DNA of 64,000 nucleotides from Callorhinchus milii. Lineage: Eukaryota. A program made the position numbers and the translations under genes. The stretch's first letter is position 1, and each line of letters starts with the position of its first letter. This document shows positions 26,621 to 39,011 of this stretch, one piece after another. The stretch lies in contig NW_024704742.1 in NCBI RefSeq assembly GCF_018977255.1, positions 97,218,001 through 97,282,000 of the forward strand, in the 5' to 3' direction. A model generated the notes under the pieces. The model was not told the origin of the DNA. It saw only the letters and a list, made by a program, of their open reading frames with translations, and ran no database searches.

Positions 26621-27356
26621 GTCGGTAGGGTAGATCCCACTTATGAGACCAATGTTAACATCCAACTCAGAGACGAAGCAATACAGAATATAATCCATTT
26701 CACCAATCATGCGAGTACAACTGTCAGTAATGCAAATATTGGAAGAGAGCCATTAGCTAAAGTTGGAAAAGCAGTTGGGCTTTTAATAAACTGGGCGTCA
26801 TCTGGAAGTATGCCAACTTTCCCTTAATACAAGAAAATCTGGACAAAAATGGTGCAAGAACCTTGAAATCAATGGGGGGAGGGGGGTGAACCAACGATCG
26901 ATTATCATACATGAGAGGTGGAGGGAGTTTATTTACTTCATGGGACTTTATTTGCTTTGTATATCACTGGGTTTCTTCAGGTTGCTGATTAGCAATGTCT
27001 TAAACAATAGATGGCTGAATATCACAGAATCGTGGCAAAAGACAAATACTACAAGATGATACTTTCAACATTTAAGATACAGGAAATAAGCTCGCCCTGA
27101 AGTATATCAATGAATAAGAAAGTTAAAAAACAAAACAGGTATTTGTAAGCAAACTTAGAAAGAAAAAACACCTTCAGTTGGCTTGATAATGTGCTCTAGA
27201 CATCAGGATAAACATTATGCTTTCTATTAAGTATCATATGAAAAAAATAAAGAGCTATCACTAACAGTTGTGCCAAGAGAGGGATTGAGGGGAAGTCAAC
27301 GATATCAAGGGAAAATACCGTACAGCAAGATCATGATGATTCAAGAAAAAGCTAGA

Positions 27357-28253
27357 CTCTCTCCGTCCCTCTCGCCTTCTATCCCCACTTGACCCTCCCA
27401 CAACCTCCCTCTGTTCCAGCCTGGGAATCCTCCGCCGGGCTCACCGTGGAAATCGGCGTTGGCTATCCAGCAGCAGCCATACCGACTGCCCCATTCCCCA
27501 CCACACAGACCCGGGGAGCCAACTTCTCCTTCCTCATCCCCATCCTCCCTCCCTCCCCACGCACCCTTCTGTCAACTGCTCCCTCCACATCAGACTACAA
27601 AACGTCCGCTCCCTCTGTAACAAGGTCCACGCCTTTATCACCTCAAGGCTGGACTATGGGAACTCTCTCCTCGACGGCCTTCCCGGCACCTCCCTCCACA
27701 AGCTGCAGGTCATTCAGAACTCTGCAGCTCGTGTACTGTCCCGCACCAGGCTTCGGGACCACATCACTCCCACCCTCGCTCGCCTCCACTGGCTCCCATC
27801 CCCCAGAGGATCGAATTCAAGATCCTCATCCTCACCTACAAGGCCATTCATGGTCTTGCTCCCTCCTACCTCTCCGACCTACTATCCCCTACTTACCTGC
27901 CCGTACCCTCCATTCCTCTGGCTCCGGTCTGCTCCACATCCCCCGCCCCAACCGCCCTACCATCGGTGGCCGGGCCTTCAGCCTCTCAGCCCCGAGGCTC
28001 TGGAACTCCATCCCCCAGTGCCTTCGCCGCCTCCTCCCTTTCCTCCTTCAAGGCCGGTCTCAAGACCTTTCTCTTTGACCGTGCCTTCAGCTCCCCTCTC
28101 GACTCTCTACCCCCTCCTCGCTCCCTCCCTTCCCTCCCCTCACCCTGACCATTTCCCCCCCAATGCTTGGGACCTGACCCAACTGTCCAGCGCCTTGGGA
28201 CGTCCTCCCGACGTGGAAGGCGCTCTATAAATGCAATCTTGTTGTTGTTGTTG
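27357..28253 (+). mobile_element. Internally deleted L2 (ORF2 start fused to the 3' end)
   Basis: LQNVRSLCNK (APE start) joined at about 27626 to HAFITSRLDYGNS; young 3' UTR and (TTG)n tail. Confidence 0.8.
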
Positions 28254-28599
28254 CAGACCTTTACACAACAGATGGGAAAAGAAGGGCGTGGGAGTAAAGA
28301 GCGGGTGAAGACCCATGTGAAGCGTAAACACAGATTTGGACTGGTTGGGCCGAGTGACCCGTTTCCATGCTGTTCTTTGTGGGGGAAAAAAACCTCTTAG
28401 GGACCACGATCACCTAAGAAATGGCACCGCTCAACAGCAGCGTGTCCAGAGACAGGGTGGGGATTGGTGCCGGCCTTACAAAGCCTGGGTCCCTCACTGG
28501 GAGTGTAGACTTGCAGCTCTGCACCGGACTTTGTAAGCAAATCAAGGGCACGTTCGCTTGCATTATTTTTTTCTGATTTGTTTTTTTTAACAAAAAACA

Positions 28600-29960
28600 A
28601 CAACAGGCACGACACGAAATGACGAACTACACATAAAAAAATACACACACGAAATGAAACGTCTGGACATCTCCCGACTGAACGCCGTTGCTTCTATTTG
28701 GGTGTTTTGACGAGCAACGTAACACTATTTGGTGCAGAGCTGCGAGACCACACCAACCCCAACCCCAACCCCCACCCACTCCAAGTGTCGTCCTCGTAGT
28801 GACCCAGGTTTTCTGAGGCCAGTAGCAGACCCCACCCCACCCCTAACCCCCTCCTCCTCCTCCTCCCCTGACACGCTGCTGTCGAGCCGTGTCATTTCTC
28901 GGGTGGTCCTGGTCACTTCAGAGGTCTTTACAAACGCGGTCAACCGCACTCTGCAGTACCGCGCAGGATCCCGAGGGGCGGGTCCCTCACTCCCCCCACC
29001 ACCCCCGGGGAGGGGGAGAAGGGAAGGGGTGGGCCATTTTCTCAACTGTCAAAAACACCAGGAAACGGCCGGGAAATTAAATACACGAACAGCCCGCAAA
29101 CATAACATCATCTGTTAACTTATTTTTTTTTCTCTCTCTCTCTCTCTCTCACTCACTCCTTTTTACCTCCCCATATTCCTATTGTCAGCTGCGAGCTGTC
29201 CAGGTTCACCACGTAATCGCCCAGGAAGCGGTTCAGCACGTCGATCACGATGGACTCGAACACCATCCTGCCGTCAGCAGCATCCTCGGGGTCCCCTGGA
29301 CCCCCACACCCCGCCCGCCCGCCCGCCCGCCGCTGTCCACCCGCTCCCCGCCGCCGCCGCCGCCGCCCTAAACCGCACAGAGGAGGACCCGCCTGTGTCT
29401 GAGCAGCGAGAGCACGAGACTCACTCACTCACTCATGCGCACACGGGGGGGGGGGGGGGGACCGAGCGCGAGCGTCAGGTGCCGTTTTTTTTAAAAACGC
29501 ACACCAACCGACCCCCCCGACGCCACAGCGACCGGAAATGCCGCCCACGCGCGCGCGCCCACCCGCCCGCCCGCGCGCGTGCGTCACCTTACCTTCACCA
29601 GCAAAGGCAACCCGCGCTCCAAAGTTGACAGCTTGGGGCGGGTTCGCACCCAGTTGGGCTATTTTCGCGGGAGGTTGTTGCTGCTGCTGCTGCTGGCGTT
29701 ACGTCGGCTTTTTTTTAAAAAAAGGCTTTGGGCGGACGCCTAATTTTGACTTTAAACTTACAAAACGTCTTTTGCGTTTTAAGACGTTTTACTGCGTCGT
29801 TTGAAAAAAAAAACACTAAAACCCGAATCGGTCAGTCTCTGCGGCGCATAGGAGGCGACACGTTACCATCGGGCTACTTTTGGGCTAGTGCTTGGTGGAT
29901 TTTGGACTCCGAGCCTATTTTAATTCCTGGCAAGTTCCTGGTCGCGGGTGGCGATGGAGA
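28600..29960. promoter_or_regulatory. CpG island / VPS13A promoter and 5' UTR
   Basis: Strong local CpG/GC enrichment against a CpG-poor background; GC boxes, CCGGAAAT (ETS-like) near 29532, GCGCGCGC (NRF1-like) runs, short (CCG)n near 29348-29367, G run near 29445-29460. Confidence 0.85.
29167..29266 (-). CDS. VPS13A: VPS13A (chorein) coding exon 1
   Basis: [33 protein letters not shown], the chorein N-terminus; 100 nt; GT donor at 29166-29165. Confidence 0.93.
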
Positions 29961-30179
29961 GGGCGGTTATTTCTGGGCTTAGGAGGAGTCTGAGGCCAAA
30001 CTGTCCATTATTTGCCGCTCCGGGTCCTTACCCCGTGTGAAGGGCGCTGTAAAATTTAAGTTGCTATGTAATATAGTACATGGTTAGTTTGGGACTTATG
30101 TGCGTGCGACCGTCAGGAAGGTGGGAGGCGAACTCGATGACCTTGGTCTTTTTGCGTTCACCATTTCTTATGTTTTTAC

Positions 30180-30915
30180 GCGGTTGCCCGGTCCACCTCG
30201 CTGAGCCAGTCTGGAACCCTGGCGTCTTGTTTGACCCTCAACTATCTTTTCTACCCCACATCTGCGCCCTGACCCGCTCTGCCTTCCCCCACCTCCGCAA
30301 CATGGTCCGCCACTGTCTCACACCACAGGCCACAGAGACCCTCACACACGCCTTCATAACATTGAGGCTCGACTACGCAGACTCCTTGCTTGTCGGCCTC
30401 TCCAACTCCTCCCTCCTGCAGGCTGCAGATCATCCAGAACTCTCCCAGACCAGGCTCCGTGACCCTGTCTCCCCCATCCTCGCCCCACTCCACTGGCTTC
30501 CATCACACAGAGGATACAGTCCAAGATCCTGGTCCTCACCTTCAAAGCCCTCCACGGTCTTGTTCCACCCTACCGCTGTGACCTCCTAACCCCCTACCAT
30601 CCTGCTCACTCCCTCCACTCAGCGGGCTCCGGCCTGCTTCACATCCCCCGCTTCGCCAGACCAACCATTGGCGGGCGGACCTTCTGCCACTCTGCCCTCA
30701 CCCTCTGGAACTCCATCCCACAGTCCCTCCACCTCACCCCCTCCTTTGCCTCCTTCAAGACCCATCTCAAGACCCTCCTCTTCGACCGTGCTTTCGATCT
30801 CCCTGCTTCCCCCCCCTGCCCTCCACCCTCCCCAATCCCGACCCTCAGCTCTGGTCCGAAACTCTGACTGTCCAGTCCTCCCAACGTGAAGCTTTACAAT
30901 GTAATTTTGTTGTTA
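30180..30915 (+). mobile_element. L2 3' fragment between the C2CD4-family gene and the VPS13A promoter
   Basis: GVLFDPQLSF..HAFITLRLDY..LHWLP; tail. Confidence 0.85.
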
Positions 30916-31025
30916 TATTTTTGTTGTTCGCAGTTAAAGTCTTAAAAGTGTTGGCGTGGAAGGTAAGCTGACAAGGCGTTAAGGAGCAACTTTGAATGCC
31001 AATCGATTTAAATCACACAACAGAG

Positions 31026-31050
31026 TTTATTATTATTATTGTTATTTATT
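31026..31050 (-). terminator. Candidate polyadenylation signals for the C2CD4-family gene
   Basis: Two AATAAA on the minus strand (31045-31050, 31026-31031) about 600 nt after the stop codon. Confidence 0.4.
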
Positions 31051-31649
31051 TTGCATCACCTCCAAATCATAAAACTTGTGAATGATTCATGGTCGAACAT
31101 AAAATTGTTATAATGTACATTTGTAATACTTTGAGCTCCAAAGAGAATGGGATTATTTACATATTTTGTTACTTTCATTTTTTAACATTTTGATACATTT
31201 GCAAAAGAAATGCAACAAAGCAACATAACCAAGATGTGTACATTTCATGAATAATCAATCTAACGTATATTGATAAAGATATACACACAAAAAAGTTACA
31301 CAGGCTACCAATTAGACAAAGTGGAAGTAAAGTTCCCAGTTTACTTGCTTACAGGTTGGTATTGTTTTCTAAATGATATATGTTGTTTCCAATGCCTTTA
31401 CTTTTCTGTGTTCAGAACTAATTAACTCAATGATGAATTTAAGAAAACGTAAGTAGTAAAGTAGTCCTACTTGTCAAGATTTCTAGATATACTGAAGCAC
31501 ACTTTTGTTGAATTTGTCTATAAATCTCTGAATTTCATTAGCAAACTACTGTACTGATAGCAACTGTGTTACGATTAACAATGGCGTACTTTTATGTGAA
31601 ACTTGGATATAGTATAGCAACTCCAATAATGGGGGGCTTTCTGAGTGTA

Positions 31650-32987
31650 TTAGAGATGGTTTGGCAGAAGGGATGAGAGAGGAAGCTCTTTTTCGCCAAG
31701 CTGGGTATTACGTTTCAGGTTAACTCCCTTGTTAATAACCTTTATTTTGAAGTACATGTTCTTGTAATTTTCCTCCGTTATCCCATCAAAGAAGAAGTCT
31801 TCATTGAAAATTGGATTACTACTGTTCTTTATTATGGTGCTGCATTGTTTTTGAAATTTACCTGGCATCAGGTATAAAAGCACATAGCAGTTGACATTCT
31901 TTATCTCAAAGTCTTTATCATACAGTTCCTCCACTGCAATGACACGCACCCGAAAGGTGACTCTGCTGAAGTCGAATTCTGTGGAGAGCCTGACTGTGCC
32001 TCTTTTATTAAGTAGGATTGTGTGCTCGTTAAACAATCTTTCACGACACTGGAGTAGATCAAGGGGAAAGATTGCTGAATGTGCAAAAGGGCATCCATGC
32101 AGAGATGTTTGACAGCTGTAAACAGACTTTCTGGAAATACTGGGGCTCGTATCTGTAGAGCTACATTCATCGGTTGAAAATGAGCTGTTCCTTCCTAAGG
32201 TCTGTTTGGATTTAGAGTGCAGAACCTGAGTGGAACTCTCATTGCTGAATAATTTCAAGAGGGAAGACCCGGACACGGACCGATGCAGGGATGGAGAGTT
32301 AAAGGGAGATGACTCTGATGAAGATTGAGTATCACTGTCAAACGTGCCTTGACTGGAGAACATTCTGGATGACTTAGATAAAGGTAATGTCAGTTCAGGA
32401 AGGCTTAGATGCTTTATCTGCAGAAAAGTGTTTGTAGTTGACTGTCTCTGATCATCATCTGTTATGTATTCTTTCTGCTGTAAGGTTTGCTGTATAGAAC
32501 TAGTGACTGGATCGACATGGAATAATGATTCCTTTCGTCTGGTATGAGGATTCTCCAATAAAGGTGAAAATCCATAGCAAGGCATCAGCGATTTATAATC
32601 TCTAATCCTATCTTTGTCACTGCTCTGGTTGTTGTCACTGCTCAGATCTTCAGCACTTTCAACCTGTATTATATGACAATTTGCTAGATGTGCAAAGTTC
32701 TTATTACTATCACATTTTCTGGAAAAAGAAGGAATATCGTTGCATGAAGCAGATAGTTTCAATTTGCATTTATTGAACTGGTTGCAAGAACCTCGTGAGC
32801 TATTCCGCTGGGCTACTGGAAGCTTGGGTGGAATAAAGAAATCTGGTATTTTGTCTGGTGTCAGTACATTGCTGTATAGTCTGGAGATCTTTACCCTGGG
32901 TACACTTCCATCATATGATGCAAACATTTTGCTGTCAGAAGAAATGCTGTTTTCACCTGATGCACGGACTTTATCAAACAGCCACAT
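31650..32987 (-). CDS. C2CD4: C2 calcium-dependent domain-containing protein 4 family member, intronless CDS, 445 aa; paralogue identity uncertain
   Basis: First ATG gives MWLFDKVRAS; family motifs SNVLTPDKIPDFFIPPKL, HIIQVES, YGF..L.E.PHTRRKESLFH, Ser-rich linker, C-terminal C2 domain (PGKFQKQCSTIIKNSSNPIFNEDFFFDG). Confidence 0.93.
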   Translation of the reverse strand: MWLFDKVRASGENSISSDSKMFASYDGSVPRVKISRLYSNVLTPDKIPDFFIPPKLPVAQRNSSRGSCNQFNKCKLKLSASCNDIPSFSRKCDSNKNFAHLANCHIIQVESAEDLSSDNNQSSDKDRIRDYKSLMPCYGFSPLLENPHTRRKESLFHVDPVTSSIQQTLQQKEYITDDDQRQSTTNTFLQIKHLSLPELTLPLSKSSRMFSSQGTFDSDTQSSSESSPFNSPSLHRSVSGSSLLKLFSNESSTQVLHSKSKQTLGRNSSFSTDECSSTDTSPSISRKSVYSCQTSLHGCPFAHSAIFPLDLLQCRERLFNEHTILLNKRGTVRLSTEFDFSRVTFRVRVIAVEELYDKDFEIKNVNCYVLLYLMPGKFQKQCSTIIKNSSNPIFNEDFFFDGITEENYKNMYFKIKVINKGVNLKRNTQLGEKELPLSSLLPNHL

Positions 32988-33652
32988 GAATGCTGAATAT
33001 TCTGAACTCAATACAATTTAATGTCAATTGCATGCACTCTGAAAGAAAGATACCACAGAATTACATGTAAAAATCTGAAATATTTATTTATTGCAAATCT
33101 ATTTCAAAATCTATATATCTAGAAAATACAATTGAATAGATTTATTGGCGATTAGTTAGAGTCCTAAGTTTTAATGAACACTTCATTTTGAATAAAATGA
33201 TGCTATAACTTATGCTTACCCAGTTAGAAACTAAATAAATGCTATTCATGAGCTAGGCATAGCTAGTTTTAATATTCTTTTTGATGTTCTCAATAAGTTT
33301 CCACTCGTATTTTGCACAATATTCTTGTATTATACCAGCAACACTAGCTTTTTTTGCACAAACTGCAGTGGTCCAAATTGTGACTAATCAATAAACATTC
33401 TCATATTTGTAAATAAAAACCTGGAAAAGTATCTTCATCCAGCCCAATGTCATGTATTTACATCTTATTTTAAATATACATAGTAAATAATAAACAAGTT
33501 GGAAAAACAGTGGGAAATGTTTATGGTATATATGTAGCTGTAAAATATACATATTTTAAATAATTGATAAAAAATTTGGATTACAGTTTGTGTTCTTCAT
33601 GAGCATTATATTAACTGAAAAAGCATCCAAAGAAAACTGCTTATTCACTTAC

Positions 33653-33742
33653 AGTTTTGAAGGAGATATCTTGCAGGTCGCTCAAAGGATTGCTTGATGA
33701 AAAACGTCGATGTCCTCACTGAAGTGCTCACGAACCACATTA
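33653..33742 (-). other. Probable non-coding exon 1 of the C2CD4-family gene
   Basis: GTAAGT donor starting at 33652; acceptor tctttctttcag ending at 33039, just upstream of the ATG; TATA box about 25-30 nt upstream; TSS position estimated. Confidence 0.6.
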
Positions 33743-33763
33743 AAGAACAGTTGCAATGAAGTG

Positions 33764-33793
33764 TTTTATATATAATGAAATGACTGAACGTCA
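33764..33793 (-). promoter_or_regulatory. TATA box plus CRE half-site of the C2CD4-family gene
   Basis: TATATATAAAA on the minus strand at 33764-33774; TGACG at 33789-33793. Confidence 0.55.
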
Positions 33794-35242
33794 TACAGTG
33801 AGAATCATTTTAACCAACCAGGTGACTGGTAACACCCAAAAGCTGCAAAATAAATTATGAATTATAAAGCATCCTTGAAAACCCCATTCAGGATTTTGTT
33901 GTACAAAATAAATAAACATTATTCAAATGTATGTACATACTATCTTGAATGCGCACAATGATGCAAAACTTGACCACTTAAAACTTGACCATTATCATAG
34001 TAAATGAGAGAATATCCATTTTAAGAAAGCATAAAAGCTTGGTTAAATAATCGCCACTGTGTAACACTCTGAAACATTATTCTACACTTGATAATTTGGA
34101 CCATTTATATTAGATTCTCTTAGAACCTCTTTAATATATACAATTCCATTTTTTAAACCTTTCATCATAACTATACCCTCTTTTTTCTCATATCACTTTG
34201 ATAGAAGATAGTGAATACATTCTTTTCTGCTCGTGGGATTCAAACAATCTGAGCAAAGTCAATATCCCTGAGCACTGTGAAGGACAGTGAGACTGTTCAG
34301 GGTGGTGTTGGCATGCGCTAGGACAGTTTGCTGTTGAGGGTCTACACATACACCTGCGGAAATTTTTAAACTTATGGGGGGTTCGGGCCTGGTCTGGCTA
34401 GCTCTTAATTCCAGATCTCCAGAGTTTGATATGCTAAGGGTTTATCTAATGCAAAGATTATTCTTATATTGTTAGTGATCCAGTAAATCTCTGCTGCACC
34501 CTCACTGTGGCTTTCATATCCTTGAAAATAGCCCAAGATTCCTAGGGAAATATGTTAGGGACTTTAGTTGTAACACACATGTTCTAAAACAGCAAGTTGC
34601 TGTTTCTGCTATTTTAATGCAAGTACTTGGAAAAAAGAAAATGTTGGGAGGAAATCTTTCCTGAATTAAGGTAATGTTACAGTAATACTTTCTGGAGCTG
34701 GGGGGAGTTTTATTCTGTGGCATTATAGACCATGCATTAGAATTATTCAAGTAACTGAACTGATTAACTGTAAGCATCTTTACAAACCTTATGGATTGAT
34801 GGTAACAAAAAGTTCACAGTTTGGGGAAAAATGCAGTATTCCCTAACATGTTAATACTAATTAAGAAAAACACCTTAAGGAATACCATAAATTAGGTCAT
34901 TAATTAATTAACATTGAAGTTTTTTGATTTACCTCAGCAATGAGCAGGCTGCTTCTGGTCCTTGCAAGTTGGACTGGAGGGGCTCAAGTGGGGAATGGAG
35001 TCCAACAACATATTCCAGGACTTTGCAGAACAAGGGCAGGTTGGAGATGGCTTGTTAGTTAAGAAATATGAGGGATCAAGGGTAGATTTTTGTGGGTAGG
35101 AGGTAGGTGATAATTATGAAGGGTGAAAACAAATAATGTGCTATAGAATGGTTATGGGGTTTAAAGGACGAACAAGAAACCAAGGTTCCACACTCAGCAA
35201 ATTACAGCAAATCCTGTGAAGCTCTTTGAGACATAATAATAC

Positions 35243-35537
35243 TAATAATAATAATCCTTGTATTTGATATAGCGCTTTTCACGTCTTCTAGACATCTCAA
35301 AGCGCTTCACAGAATAGACTGTAAAGTGAATTGACTGTATATTTGTGGGCGAACGCGGCAGCCAATTGCGCACAGCAGTGTCCCACAAACAGTCATAGAT
35401 TGAAAATGACCAATTTATTATAGTTTTGTTTTGGAGGGATTATTATTAGGCGTGTGGAGTAAGGAAACTTGCCCAAGGTTTCACTCTGCCTGGAATTGAA
35501 CTCGGATCTCTCGCTTGCTCTAACCACAGCTCCAGGA
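35243..35537 (-). mobile_element. L2-tailed tRNA-SINE
   Basis: Same family as 39507-39823, head partly deleted. Confidence 0.82.
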
Positions 35538-36617
35538 CATGTTCCTAACATGAAATATGCTCGAACAAAGTAAGGATTTTAAAAATTATTTTTAATAGAA
35601 TAATCCCAATTTAAGACAATCTGAACAAACTGCAAGTTGCCGTGTTCAGTCAACACTTTTGTTGCCCATGATTGTAACCTAAGAAAGCCACATTCTCCTT
35701 CTTAGATTTCCTGCTAGCTCTTTTCCTGCAATCATGGTATCAGTAAAAATGACTAATGTATTAACGTGGTAGTAAGTATATAAATGCAATAAAATCTTAG
35801 TGAGTTGGGAAGAAGGTGTAAAATATCATACACAGTATCAAATTGAGATTCTTTTTCAAATGTAATTCAAAATTAAGCGTTTTAATACATTTTAGTTGAA
35901 TATTTAAACATGGTACAGGAAGCAGTGAACTCTGCAGTACTAATTCGAACCATGAACCATTTAAATCAGTCTTAAATTGCCTGGGCTAAATTATTGATTT
36001 ACTGAGGCCTGTGCAATGACTGTTATAGTTGTCACAGACTTTATGATATATATAGCAAATGAGGCACGCTCTGCCAATGTATTGGATCAATTTGGTAATA
36101 GTGTGACTAATCTGAAAGATAATTGAGCAAATAATTTCAAACTTCAAACATGATGTGCAATGATACATTTATGTAAACATTTAATATTCTAACGTTATCA
36201 AATTCTACCATGGAAAAAAAACGTAACCTTGGATGACATACGATTTTCACCTTGTATTATTTAGTAAGTTAATTTTGAGCTGTCATATGATATTGGAGCA
36301 AATGCAATTGTACATCTGAACTTCTTTTCATAGGAATCTGAGCAGCTGCATGAGGTTGACATGCCTGTGCTTTCTAAGTATAGCTCCCAGTGAGACAGGG
36401 TTACTTCCCACTCAATGCAATAACAATAATTTCTTGTGAAATATTATTCAATGCTCAGTTGCTGGATTTACCTATATACTGTATGCATGCTGATGCTGAG
36501 ATGAAGACCTGTCATGATTCAATTAAAAGGCTATTTTACTTGTAAACACATTTGAACCTGAATACATTCATAAAATGCAGGCTCGACTAAGCAATTCATA
36601 ACATCTAATTCATAACA

Positions 36618-37160
36618 TCCAAACTCCCCGCTTGCCAGCCTCCCTAACTCCTCCCTCCACAGGCTGCAGATCATCCAAACCTCTGCAGCCCGAGTCCTCT
36701 CCTGCACCAGGCTCCGCAACCCTATCACCCCCATCCTCGCCCAACTCCACTGCCTTCCCATCACGCAGAGGATACAGTTCAAGATCCTGGTCCTCACCTT
36801 CAAAGCCCTCCATGGCCTTGCTCCCAACTACCTCTGCAGCATCCTAACCCCCTACCATTTTGCCCGCTCCCTACGCTCAGCGGGCTCCGGCCTGCTTCAC
36901 GTGCCCGCCTCACCCGCCTCATCATTGGCGGGTGGGACTTCAGCCACTCTGGAACTCCATCCCGGAAGTCCCTTGCCTCCTTCAAGACCCATCTCAAGAC
37001 CCTCCTCTTCTAATGTGCCTTCAGACACCCTCCTTTGCCCACCGCCCTCCACCCTCCCCGATCCCGACGCTCAGCTCAGGTCCGAAACACTGACTGTCCA
37101 GTGCCTTGGGATGTCCTCTGACGTGAAAGGCACTATACCAATGTAATTTTGTTGTTGTTA
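36618..37160 (+). mobile_element. L2 3' fragment
   Basis: LQIIQ..RIQFKILVLTFKALHGL; tail. Confidence 0.85.
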
Positions 37161-39011
37161 TTAAATACAGTACTGTACAACTACAAGAACAGAAAAACTA
37201 GTCTAAATAATATGCCAATGTACCATTCTTTCAACAAGAGAAGTGGGGAAGAATGGCTGCATCAAAGAGGTTAAACTGTTAATAGGAAGGATAAGATAGT
37301 ATTGCCATTGTAAATCTTGGTACTCTAAAATATTTATGTACCTTTTAAGAATATTATTTTTAACTTGTCCTTCACAATATTAATCCAGCTTCTATACAGA
37401 TGAAGATTGCCAGATAGAAATAGGAGGCAGTTAGAACATATTGATTATATTATCAATGACCTTCCCATGAGGCACTTATAAAACACAACAGGAGCCCTTC
37501 CACGTCAGTTGGTTACTCATCAGGAATGAAAGAACTGCAGTAGTTTATCGATTGCACACAAAACAATGTTTCTGAATTCTATTATATTTCCAGTAATTCA
37601 AGTTCGGAAGCAACTACCCTCTATTTGTTGATGTTAAGTTTTCTAGTTTGCCCAACTACCACCAATACTCCAAGTGGCTTCAAGCCTAGTAACATAGGCG
37701 TAACATCAGTAAATGTCATTGCAGAAACTTGGCGGGGAGGGCATAAGAATCAGTAAAAAAAACATAGTTATTTCTATTTATATTGAAAATTTACCACCCC
37801 TTTACCATAACACCAGTCTTTACCCCATGAGAGTGCATTACAGTAACCATTTAATGATGCATTTAAACTGTTTAGAAGACAGTTATATAAAAAGTTATAT
37901 AATACTATTTTAGGTAATCTGCTATTCACTTGCTTGGGGTAGGGAAGTATTACTGTTGGGAGTAATGCAAGTTTAAGCATTTAGAAATCTTATCAATAGG
38001 TTTATCATAAAGCCCCTGAAACTTCCCAACAGTGAAACGGTTTCCACTACAGCACTGACTGCAGAGCGCCCTCTACAGAACCAGTTGATATTTTCATTGC
38101 CAAATTATCCTGTGTTAAAATACGAGTTTCACACTGTAAATGGTTTTGGGACTATCACTGATTCGGTTCATGTAGACCCCAGGTCCACCAAGTGAGGAGC
38201 ATTTAAATGTTATTATTTTAAGCAATTTGTTCATACTGTGTAGGTTGGAATCCTTTGGTGATAACAAAGTCATCATTCAGGTGTTTTGAAACTTTGGAAG
38301 TAATATTCCTTTTGATCAGTAAAACATGTTCGCCCAACCAATAGCCAGCCAGGAAATACCTTCAATTAAGCATGTTTTGTGTAATTCAAGTTCCATAAAA
38401 AGCCAATTAGGTTTTTATGTATTATTATTATCGAATAGGACCAAGACTTTTGCTTCTGAAAGGCGGAGGGGATAGGTTATAAGGATATTTTTTCCCGCAA
38501 AAGACACAGTTAATTTTTGTGGAAGCTGGAGCGGTGTTATCTATCCTTCTCTGGTGAAAGAGGCCAGTCCTTCACCAGAACAAGCTGCTACACAGAAATT
38601 AAACTAACTTCCTCATTCAACTACAGCACAAATCAGGAACACATCAATACACTCCTCTTCCCAATTTCTCTTTCTACACTTTGCACTCTGCTGGATTTTG
38701 ACCAATAATGCAGTTAGCAATATGTGTGAGTGTACCTGTATGAACAAATTGTTTAAAACAAAGACATTATTATAATCAGAAAATTTTAGATTATTATTCT
38801 ATTATAAATTTTACTCTCAATGAAGAGTTGACATTATCCTGGGACAACAATATAGTTGGCAAATTAGCTATTCATCAGTGCTACTCCTTCCACCAGGGTA
38901 ACATATCTTATGAAGTTTACAACTCACAGAAGGTAAACACAATGACAAAAAACAATAACATACATCACTTGCAAACAACACTGCTAAATAATTCAATATG
39001 TTGAATTGGCA

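Noticed and set aside
323..29266. Calling the gene VPS13C because it neighbours a C2CD4 gene
   Set aside because: Diagnostic residues and the lack of recognisable Lys-rich insert exons fit VPS13A better
28725..29982. ORFs across the CpG island
   Set aside because: Low-complexity translations expected from GC-rich sequence
32988..33011. ORF-track N-terminal extension MSSEYSAF
   Set aside because: Begins at TTG; MW.. is the family-typical start
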